64,000 nt of DNA from Albugo candida (lineage: Eukaryota). Numbering within the stretch: position 1 is the stretch's first letter; the number at the start of each line of letters is the position of its first letter. This document shows, piece by piece, positions 9,905 to 21,200 of the stretch. The stretch spans positions 434,001 to 498,000 of the forward strand of contig JBDOQK010000005.1 in NCBI GenBank assembly GCA_040437565.1, read 5' to 3'. A program made the position numbers and the translations under genes. Below the pieces are notes generated by a model, which was not told the origin of the DNA, did not search any database, and saw only the letters and a list, made by a program, of their open reading frames with translations.

Positions 9905-12115
9905 TCACAACAATTCCATCTCTCGATATCCTCGCTCCAACTGTGCGTCAAACTGATTAAGCCATATCATGTCTAAAAATGGATTGGATCGTTTGCTCTT
10001 CATTCCGTCCTCCAAAACATGAATCAACTGCCGAATATGAAGCTTCCGATCCTTCCCGCAGCCTCGACTTTGTTCCACGGATGCATTACTGTACATCAAC
10101 ATAGGCATGGCTAGAGACCATTGCACCAGCTCATGAATCATACTCTCACGACAATCTGGAAGCTCGAGTTGTACCAAAGCTACGTACAATTCAGTCGCAT
10201 CGACAATCCCCATATCATCCTTATCCAGTGCTGTGAAAGTTTCGTAGATGCGTTTGCGATGTTTGTGCAATGAAACAAACGGTAAGCTCGACTTTGTCTT
10301 TTTGAACAACTGAGAACCGGCTTCGAGATACATCGAACCTCTACAATGACTTTCATCCTTTTGGGCCTGCTCAGGCTGCGAATTTTCTCTTTTAGCGATC
10401 CGCAAGATCTCTCCTAATTCCTCAACATCGATTTCACCATTCCCATCGTGATCAACATACGCACAAAAGGCTTGGCTTTGCTCTGCGGTCAGATATAAAT
10501 CCATTTGAGCCAATGCGTTGACCAGCTCTTGTGGAGATATACTCGAGCTGTTATCGGTGTCAAATAAGCGGAAGAAATCAGCAATTTGAAGCTGTCTCTG
10601 CTTCATGAATGTATCAATATGACGAGCAACCTCGTTGAATAAGTTGATTTCGTCATGCTTCTGTCTCTCCTTGCTTTGTCCAATTGCGTCAACTCCAAGT
10701 AAGCCATTTCTCCGTCTTCCGTCACAAGCAACTAAAAGCTTCCTTTTCGTAATTGTCTTCTCGGAATAGGCCTTTTGGTGGACTACCGAAGCAGCTTTGA
10801 TCCCTATTTTGGCTACATCGTTCTGATCTGGTAATTGTGCTTTGGTGATATCTGATGTTTTGGGCGTGATCTTGCAAAGCGATCTACTGTTACGCGATAG
10901 TCTCGAAGAAGATGGTGGTAGTCTCTTGTCGAGCGTCCTGATCTTGTCCTCAATTCCTTGTCCGGTTGTGTTTCCAGGCTGTTCGTGTAGCAGTTGATCG
11001 TCACATCGGCTTGGTTTTAGTCTCGTGCGTCGTTTATAGACACTTTGTCCTTTGTCACGGACTGGATGGATTTCATTCTGATATGAAGCTTCAGTTGTCG
11101 GGCGCACGGAATCCCTAAAAACTGGATCGAGATCGATTAGAGCCGAATTGTTGAGCTGAATTCGTACGCACCGGATATTTTTTTTGATGTATGGCTTTGA
11201 GGTCGGATAACAGAGACGTCACCCCCGAGAGAAAATCCGATCTCTTCCTGGTGCATTAAATCATTCAAACAGGCTGAGGCTTCCATTACAGCATGCATTC
11301 GACTGCTGTCTGAAGCAAAGACTTAATTTTGGCATGAAATTGTCGCTAGAAAACGTACCAACTCTTTCCATCCTTCTTGGGTATTCATTATAAACCAGTT
11401 CATACATTCCATCATCCAAATCGACGATGGTTCCTGCTTCTATTTTTCCATCAGTTGACTCGAACCAGAATTTGGTGCCTACGACATCAGCAGAAAGCCT
11501 GCTTGTATCGTCCAGAACCTTGTTGGTAAACGTAGAGATCGGTGGGGTGTCCGAAGCCTCGATCAAAGAGCTCTTCGATAAGAAAAGAGCCGATTGAGAC
11601 AGCCGTCGACGATGAATAAACCCGCGAGCCAACGCTTGTAACAAAAGCATTCCTCGGCGGAATGCAACTCCTAACGTGTATAAATAAGGTATTCCTGCGT
11701 GTAAAATCTTTCGCGAAGCCTCCGATTTGATACACTGATCCGCTGATGAATGCACCTCACACATTTGCCGTAAAAATAACAATGTAAATTCCACTTCCAC
11801 ACCTGCCAATACTTTGATTGGGCTGATCCACAGCAAGCAAGAGATTTCTTTGGAAATTGTCAGAACCAAGTCGACAAAGGCAAATGCGCAAACAAGAAAC
11901 GCTGCTTTGTCCTCCCGATCCACTAAATTCGTGATCGATAGCTGCTCCTGCGTGAATACACCATACTGTCCCAGGACTTCCACGAGTAACTTATGGAGAA
12001 AAAGAAAGGGTGGTCGTCGTAAAACCCAGCGATCCACAATGGTCGTATGAACTACTTTCAGTAGAGACTGATATGTGTGTTCGATGGCCAGATCGAATGC
12101 GTTGCATTGCTTCAT
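9905..12115 (-). CDS. Protein with IFT54/TRAF3IP1-like N-terminal CH domain, IQ motif, Tudor-like module and EF-hands (3 exons)
   Basis: Exon 1 has VLRRPPFLFLH...DREDKAAFL...PIKVLAGVEVEFT and LQALARGFIHRRR. The last exon has EF-hand loops DTDNSSSISPQE, DHDGNGEIDVEE and DKDDMGIVDATE. Introns at ~11310-11358 and ~11115-11166 keep frame. Confidence 0.7.
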
Positions 12116-12172
12116 GTGGATGCATCAACGTGGACTCATAACAAGTGATGTTTCACCAGAATTTCGCTAATT

Positions 12173-13774
12173 TTAGACACGGAATGGAATTCGCTGTCGA
12201 GCGACTTTCGCGGTAACTCGATGCTGAAGGCTTGCCTTGGTCGGTTCCAGGAAACGCTGCTTGAACGCAGCTTGTGGTCGATCCGCATTGTGTTTTTTTG
12301 TACCCGGATTGATTTTCAGTGCTCTATTTGCTCTCGTTTCTGCACGTTGCTGAGAAGATTCTGTGATTTGAACACGTATCGGTAGTTTGCCACTAAAAGG
12401 GCCTGAAGTCGGACTCAAATTGATTCCACTTTTATTCGATTTGCCTGGTTTTCGGATAGTCTCTTTCGATTTGAGAGGAGATCTCACCTTTGTACGCGAA
12501 TCTCCTTCCAACCTCTGAGATGATTCTTTTGAAGGTTCTTGTTCCATGGTACCATTCAAGCGGGGCAGCTCAATACTTTGTTGCTCACAGATGGAAGGAT
12601 TCTCCAAGCTTCTATGATCTGATGGTTCTATCTGAACGCTTTTGGATGCTACGTTTTTCGCTCTAGTTTCCTTCGATCGCAATTTCTGAAGAAGTGTCTT
12701 TTGCCGTACCCGAATTCGTTCTGATAATTCCAAGGACTCCTGCAAGACAGAGCAGTGCTGTTTTAACGATGCGCACACTTCTTTGTACTTTGTGAGTTTT
12801 TTTCTCTTCTTTTCTGACTCGGCGAACTGCATTTTGACCTAAATAAGTCGTCACAAAAGATAAAATGTCATTAAAACGGGTACCACGATGAAATTGTGTA
12901 AACAACCTTTTTCAGCTCTGCACGCAATTGATCACGTTGCCTCCGACACTCTCGAAGCTGCTGGAGAGTCGAGCTCAGTGTATCTTTCGATTTGGATCGA
13001 GAAACACCCGTAAAACTATCTGATCGCCATACGTAAGAATCACTCGACANNNNNNNNNNNNNNNNNNNNNNNNNNNNNNNNNNNNNNNNNNNNNNNNNNN
13101 NNNNNNNNNNNNNNNNNNNNNNNNNNNNNNNNNNNNNNNNNNNNNNNNNCTTTCGATTTGGATCGAGAAACACCCGTAAAACTATCTGATCGCCATACGT
13201 AAGAATCACTCGACATATAAGCTTTATCACCTCACTTGCCTCTTTGTACCTGTTTCCTCAGTCTTCTGTCTCCACACGCAATATCTCTCGTTCGATTTAT
13301 ATCGCAAATCTTAGGCGATCGTTCTCCATTGCAATTGCGACGAACTGTGTCGTCTTTTCGTGCGTTTCCCAATTCTTTTATCGCTTTCTTCAGTTTGATC
13401 GATGCTTTGAATGAACTCTGCTCTGTGAATCCAATTTCCGGCTCAATTTCAAACGCTGAACCTCGTAATTTTAGTGTCAATTGGCTAACGTCACGTTGTA
13501 GCTCCTCTAAACGCGACTGTAGACGATTATTTTCACGTTTTCTCTGTTGTTGTTTGGCTCCTTCCGCGCTTTGAACGTCAATAGAGTACTCTTGTGATTC
13601 AGAGAATTCAAGGGGTAAGTCAACGACTTCGTCTACCGAATGGATACGGCATTGGTGAGTCCTTTCTTTCGGTAAATTGCAATTCATTATGGAGGATGAA
13701 GTTTGGCCATTATCATCATTTTCATTGCAAAATGATGGCGAGCTCCGTTTACTATGCGCTGCCGAATCGCGCAT
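12173..13774 (-). CDS. Hypothetical coiled-coil protein (about 3 exons, spans a gap)
   Basis: Consecutive ORFs with heptad-like segments (RLQSRLEELQRDVSQL; LQESLELSERIRVRQK) separated by GT-AG intron-sized intervals. Confidence 0.6.
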
Positions 13775-13970
13775 CAGATCGAGGATATCCGCCTGGATTA
13801 ATGTGCTGACACTCCATCAGCTCATGATTGATTTTGCATTTGATTGAAATGGCTTCAATCAGCGTAATTGATAAAGATCACAGTGCAGTGCGTCAATCGT
13901 CTCATCCCTAATTGTATTGCAACAAGAGGCGAACTCATCCATTTACGAATCTAAAGCAGTTTTTTTCCAT

Positions 13971-15524
13971 CTACTTATCGCCTTGGTTTTTCTCTATTCG
14001 ATGTGATGCTCCAATCGCTTGCGTCACGTGCTCATAGCCGTCTCGTTGAAGTAACGCGATAAGATCCTTTTTTGCACGAGCTACCGCTAGTGGTCCATCA
14101 TATATCAAACAAGAGTACATTTGGACCAAGGTTGCTCCAGCTTTGATCTTGTCATAAACATCCTGACCCGTGGAAACACCGCCGACTCCAATGAGAGGTA
14201 TTTCACCTTTGGTCAAGCTGTACATATCGCTTAAAACCTTTGTTGATAGTTCACGAAGGGGAGCCCCGCTAAGACCTCCTGCTTCGTCTTTATGCTTACT
14301 ACAAAGAAAAGAGTGTCAATCGCTTTGAGACGGAAGGATGATGAGGGAAAGCAGCTCGTAAAATCACCTCTTCAAGAATGCAGGTCTTTGCAACGTTGTA
14401 TTGGATACGATCAGTCCATCCACATTGAGATCTAGAGCTACATCCGCAATATCCTGCTTGTCTTGGTTGTTAAGATCGGGTGCTATTTTCAATAGTAATG
14501 GGATTGCTCGATTTTCTTTTGTTGCTATTGCATCTCGAGCTTCATGAACACGTCTCAAAAGCTTTTCAAGTTGTTCTTTTCCTTGCAGAGATCGAAGTCC
14601 TGGCGTATTCGGCGATGATACATTAACTACCATATAATCTGCGAATTCGCCTAGTGCTTGGACTCCGGCGACATAATCTGCTGCAGCATCCTCCGTGCTT
14701 TTATTCTTACCCAAGTTGATTCCCAGAAGACCCGGCCGATGTCCTCGATACTCTTTTTGGTCCCTTTCAGTGCCAAGTGATAGCATATTGACAGCTTTAC
14801 GAGATTGATATTTGATCAACTCGCTTCGAACGGATTCCATCCCATCGCTATTAAACCCATATCGATTGATAATTCCCTTATCTTCCGGTAAGCGGAATAC
14901 ACGAGGCTTGGCATTCCCACTCTGCAACATCACGAATATGAACTTTCATATTTGTATGCAAAAGCTATTGCCAACAATTGTACCTGCGGATTGGGTGTAA
15001 CACTTCCAATCTCTACAAAACCAAAGCCGCAATCCAACACTCCTTCAATCGATACTGCGTTTTTGTCGAATCCAGCAGCCATCCCAATTGGATTTGGAAA
15101 CGACTTTCCAAAAGCTTGTATCCGTAGTATTTCCGGGTCGACTGCCGCATCCTATCAATCGATGTTTAGTGAGTCATCACTTCTTGCTGCTTCTCACCTT
15201 TGGAATCAGATTATTAGAAGTACAGAAAACAGCTAATTCATGAGCTTTTTCAGGGTCCAGAAACGTACGAATGAGTGGCATAATGACCGAATCTGATAAC
15301 TTTGCAATGAGCCAATGATGTATTTGGAACCCTTTATAATCGGCAAATGCAACAGCAACTGCACTTCCTGATAAAATTACGGTACTGTATGAAAGCCATT
15401 TTCGTTTAGGATTGTGATTGATGTGATTTTGCGATGAGAGTTTCCGAATATCCGCAGAGATCACGCATGCTCTCCATTTCCGGCTACTTAAAGCCACCGC
15501 ACGAAGCATACTTAACGAACGCAT
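13971..15524 (-). CDS. DHODH: Dihydroorotate dehydrogenase (class 2, mitochondrial, quinone-dependent)
   Basis: [62 protein letters not shown] and IGVGGV, with an N-terminal transit peptide/TM segment. The start is uncertain (15566, 15524 or 15509). Confidence 0.95.
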
Positions 15525-15572
15525 GTGTAGGTGCGCTGACTTATCGAGAAGTTCGCTTTGCAACATTGGGTC

Positions 15573-17215
15573 ATGGGTGGGAAGACTCGCGTCGCATACT
15601 TCTATCATCGTACGTTCTTGCGCCTCATTTCACGTATCGTGATTCAGTATTGATCGAGCTTCTTGATTAGCGGATGAAGGACATTTTTATTATGGCCCAG
15701 GTCATCCTATGAAGCCTCATCGCATGAAATTAACACATCATCTTGTTGTAAATTATGATCTGTATCGAAAAATGGATGTATTTGTACGTTTTTAATTGTC
15801 ATATTTGAGTGTACGAATAATTTGAAACCCGCCATTCGTACTCTTTATGCTTTAAGGAACCGCATTGGGCTTCTCCTGAAGAGATCAAAGCATTCCATAG
15901 TCCAGAATACATTGATTTTCTACAGCGCGTCACACCAACAAATCAGAAAGAATACGCACAAGAGTTGCAGAAGTGTATGTGTGCGCATACTCTGAGAGAT
16001 AAAAACACTGACATAGGCGATGTACAGTCAATTGTGGAGAATTTACAGATTGCCCTATTTTCGACGGAGTCTTCGACTTTTGTCGGATTTACTCTGGAGG
16101 CACACTTGACGCTGCTCATCGATTAAACCATGGGCTATGCGACATTGCAATCAATTGGGCCGGCGGATTACATCATGCAAAGAAGTCGGAGGGATCAGGA
16201 TTTTGTTATGTCAATGACATAGTACTTGGAATTTTAGAATTGCTGCGGTATCATCCGCGAGTGTTGTACATTGATATCGACGTTCATCACGGAGACGGAG
16301 TAGAAGAAGCTTTTTATGTAACTGATAGAGTCATGACGGTCTCCTTTCACAAATACGGCGACTTTTTTCCTGGTACTGGTGATATCAAGGACTTGGGAGC
16401 CAAAAACGGAAAGTATTATGCAGTCAATTTTCCATTATTGAGTGGTATGACGGACGAATCCTACACAAACATATTTAAACCCGTCATTGCGAAAGTTATG
16501 GAAACATTTCAGCCTTCAGCAGTGGTCTTACAATGTGGTGCCGATTCTTTGACCGGTGATCGATTGGGATGCTTTAACGTCACGACCAAAGGTACGTTAA
16601 AGCTTAGGGATTCATCGATTCTACTAACGTTCGGTTCAGGTCATGGGGAATGCGTTGACTTTGTCAAAAGCTATGGTTTGCCGCTTTTAGTTCTAGGAGG
16701 AGGCGGGTACACGATCCGTAATGTTGCGCGTGCTTGGGCATATGAGACAGCAGTTCTGTTGGGTGAAGAAGTCTCCAATAACATTCCGTACAATGACTAT
16801 TTTGAGTATTACGCTCCGTCTTTCAAGCTTCATTTGGATCCCGATCCTGAGCTCGAGAATGCAAACTCGAAAGAGTACATGGAAGATATAAAGTAAGCAT
16901 CCGTTCTCCGATGAATGATTTTTGATTGGTTTCAAATCCTGCAGAATCAGAATTTTTGAGAATTTGAGAGCGCTGGATGGTGCGCCTAGTGTACAAATGG
17001 CACAAGCACCTCCATCCATACTCACACGAGAAGAAGACGAAGATGCAGTAGATCCAGATACCCGAGCACCCGAACATGATAATCGTCGACAACCTGAAGC
17101 AGAGTTTTATACGAATGAAAATGATCAGGATCAATGTGAACCTTCCAACACAGAAAAAGATAGTAATCAGATGGACGCAGATCGAACATCTGCGACATCA
17201 ATGGAAGTCGATTAG
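15573..17215 (+). CDS. Class I histone deacetylase (RPD3/HDAC1-3 type), multi-exon
   Basis: [59 protein letters not shown] and GGGGYT. First exon [12 protein letters not shown] starts at 15573. Confidence 0.96.
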
Positions 17216-17284
17216 TCGGAGAACGAGGTGCAACCAATGCATCTGGTGATAGTGGCGACGTGAAGATCCCGCATTTATATAGTG

Positions 17285-18150
17285 TCAATTCGGGTTACTA
17301 AGTTGCTGAAGTCTTCGTTTCCGCTCTCGGTCCGCTTTCTCGATCTCAAACTGTCGCTGGTCAAGCCGTAGCAGGAAATTCTGCTTTTCCAGATATCCGT
17401 CTTTGATCGAATGACTAAGCTCGTCTGTAAGCTTGTGCTCTTCTTTGTACTGGTCCCAATCCAAAGATGTTTTTTCCATGGTAGAAAGCTTCTTGGTACC
17501 GTTCAAATTTGCAAGCACACGATCCAAAGCCGTCATCGAGTTGTTTTCATTCGCTTTAACCCGCTTTGATATCCTGAAAGAACAAAATACGTATTAGAGA
17601 CACTGATGTGACGTTGTTGATACGAAATAATACTTGTATTCGACGCCAGCAAACTCAACGACCTGCTCTATTCGAGTCTCCTGATCAGCATTTTGCATCT
17701 CGTGACGTCGCTTCCTTCTATCCAATCCCAAAACAGGCATTGTAAACTCCTGCAGCTTGTTTTTGTTCAACTTTTTTTTCGACGGCTGAAGTATCGACTG
17801 CATCAACTATGACAGCAACACGTTTAAAGCGCAATTAATCGACTAAAACAGAGTTGAGCATATGTCGCAAGTATTTGCCTTGTTCGCCTTTGTAGCGGCT
17901 TTTTCTGAAACGGCTGAATCCTTCTGCAGTTCATCCCACATTTGGGATGTTTTCACATCGCTTTGCACAGATGCATGTAATTCCTTCTCTGATTCTTCCC
18001 CACCACTGCTATCGCTTTCGTTTCTGTTCGGATCCACTACACAACATATAATGTGAGTCTCTCAAGCATAATGGCGATGTCTAGAAGCCTGAATATTGCC
18101 CTACATTCAGGAACATAATCTTCATCTTCTTCTTCGGACGCCGAATTCAT
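17285..18150 (-). CDS. CFDP1: SWR1 complex subunit Swc5/CFDP1 (BCNT-C domain), multi-exon
   Basis: N-terminal EEEDEDYVP and C-terminal KKLSTMEKTSLDW...KDGYLEKQNFL BCNT-C motif. Confidence 0.85.
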
Positions 18151-18214
18151 AAGTTTCCTTAATAGTGTACATTACACGAACCCAGTCTATTCGCGACTTG
18201 ATCTGGACACAAGT

Positions 18215-21200
18215 TCAAGCATCTCGAAGCGCAGCAAATGGATCATCGTCTTCTGCTTCCTTTGACGCAGTTTGAGAAGGTATTTCACACAGAGACTGAA
18301 TCTCATTGATACTGTCTGCTCTTGCCACAAAATCACGTAAATCGTTTCCCGCAAAAGGGTCGACAATGTCTCGTTCTTGCGCTTGTAACCCACTGATTGT
18401 CGTATTTCCTTCCGCGCCAATTGGAGCCAAAAAATGCTCTTCTTGAAACGGTAAATCGATATCAAGAAGATCAATTTGGCTTGAGCGATTGTTGACGTCA
18501 CTAAAGAGCTCGCTTTCTTCCCCATTCAAAAAGTCTAATCCTTCCATATTGTACTCTTCCGTCTGCATGGAATCCACATGCTCTGCGTCCGACGCAATGC
18601 ATCGAGCTCGAGTGCGCGTCACCATACCCGCGTTCTTAGACTTGAGCTCTAATACAAAAAGATGAATATCACCTTTGACTTCCTCGAGCACTTGAAGCAC
18701 ACGATGTCGTGCGACTGCCATTACTCCTACAACGACGTCAATGAGAGTGATACAATGACATTCCTATCAACGTACTGGAGAAAGATCCATAATTTGCATT
18801 CATTTCTTTCCAAAGATAATCAAACAGCAAAAACACTGCGTAGATCCAACAGCTCAGCGAGAAATATCGACAAATGGACGTGTGGTACCTTCACAAAATA
18901 TCATATAAAATGCATCCATTTCAGTGAAAAATGGCCAGTTGACACTTCGTTCACGACTCAATTCGCCATCCGAATTCCAGAAAAATCGAGCGACCAAACA
19001 TGTGAGATTGATCCCTACAGGACCCCAAGGATACGTGTGCTCGTGGGAGCCTGGAATCTGATGGGCAATCATGCTGGTTGCCTGCAGAGAAACGTCAATG
19101 GAATGATCAATAGGTTGGAGTCGTACCTGATGCTGATAGTGAGTGACGAAATAGAGCAAGCAATACAAGCTCAGCATGCCGCCAGCCCGAAAATCCGTGG
19201 TGGGATCAGGACGCTGGAAGCCCAGTCGACTCCAACTTTGTCCAATTCGTTCAAACTTTTCTTCAGGCGGTACGGACATGTCGATCAATACGTTTGTCGC
19301 TCTTTTCAAATGGTTTGCTTTCTTGTCGAGATGCATGGAAGCGTCATAGATGGCGAGCCAGAACTCGCGTAAGAGCTTCTCGTACGCTTGGTCGCCGCTG
19401 ATACACGGCTGCTTCAATTTGATGAAGCAGTATTGCATGCTGCAAAGTATCTCGTTTTCTGGCATATGAAGCTTCCCCGATCGGATCCACAGCTGCCCTT
19501 GGTTTCTTCCTTTCCCGGAGCGAACTTGACGTGTAAGAGCAGTCTGAATCGGCTTCTTCGCTCGGGCTAATGCTTCAGCCACTTGCTCACGAGCTTTTTT
19601 GTTCATATCGTTGATACTCTTACATCCATCCGCGATACCAAAGTGGAAAGCATACGCAATCATAGTGCCATCTTGGAACCCACAAACAACACAGCGCTCG
19701 TCATTGGAAAGACACATACTCGTGAGCTTTGATTCGCGTTTGCAGTCNNNNNNNNNNNNNNNNNNNNNNNNNNNNNNNNNNNNNNNNNNNNNNNNNNNNN
19801 NNNNNNNNNNNNNNNNNNNNNNNNNNNNNNNNNNNNNNNNNNNNNNNTGAAGCAGTATTGCATGCTGCAAAGTATCTCGTTTTCTGGCATATGAAGCTTC
19901 CCCGATCGGATCCACAGCTGCCCTTGGTTTCTTCCTTTCCCGGAGCGAACTTGACGTGTAAGAGCAGTCTGAATCGGCTTCTTCGCTCGGGCTAATGCTT
20001 CAGCCACTTGCTCACGAGCTTTTTTGTTCATATCGTTGATACTCTTACATCCATCCGCGATACCAAAGTGGAAAGCATACGCAATCATAGTGCCATCTTG
20101 GAACCCACAAACAACACAGCGCTCGTCATTGGAAAGACACATACTCGTGAGCTTTGATTCGCGTTTGCAGTCGATCCGTCTGGCTACCCTGGAAGGCGTC
20201 CGAGCATCACGCATCTCAATGGCCGTATCTCCGTCGGCTGTGGCTGTGATAAAGTACTCTCCGGAACGAGTGAAACACATGCCGCATTCCAGCAGAACCG
20301 AAGCACTTCCATCCGCTTTTTTGATGCGATCATGGCTGATGATCGTGCCATTCATCGACACAAGGAATAATTCCGAATGTGGGAGTTCTTCGTTCCTTCC
20401 AAATACGTCGGAATGCGACGATTGTGTGGCCAAATGAATCATCGTATCACCGTTTGATGAGATAATAAGCTGTCTCACTTGACCGAGAAAATCAGTGTTT
20501 CCAGGCACAGAAATAAGCTCGAGACGATGTAATGGGACTTCAGAACGCAATGAATGGATCAGCACTGTTGTCGCAGAAGAACTTGCAACGACATCGAGAT
20601 CCACATTCAGCGCAACCGCAGATACTGGAGATGTATGTCCACATAAAAGCACCCAAGGCAACCCACCAACCGGATACTCCTTCTTGGTGAACAAACGTCG
20701 AGGTCGTGTAGCAGCCAATTTCGATAGAGCCCACACCGAAACCGTGCAATCCTCACTTCCAAATGCCAATGCCAAATCCCCAGTGAAGTCGTCCTCACTA
20801 CGCGACATACAAAGTATTCGCTTCTTATGGAACGCAATCCGTTGTAATAACTCTCCATCCGCCGACCAATGAATCCTCCAGCTGCCGTCCCAATACCCGC
20901 AACTAATCATTTGCTCGTAAAACACCATACCGCCACGAACAGAGCATCCTTCCGGAAGCTTCCACCATTGATCAATATCCACAAACGAGAATGGACATGA
21001 TCGAGTTTGATCCGGAAGATTGTCGACATAACGTCGTGCCAGGACAAGTCCCGTATCATCACACGTGTACATGACAGTGCTGTGCTCGCTGCTTGTGCTA
21101 CTATGAGCTCCCATACCAGTTCCACTGCCAAGATTTGGGCTCGAATGACTCACAACACTTGTGATAAGACCATTCAGTATGATCGCACTGGAGAACCAAA

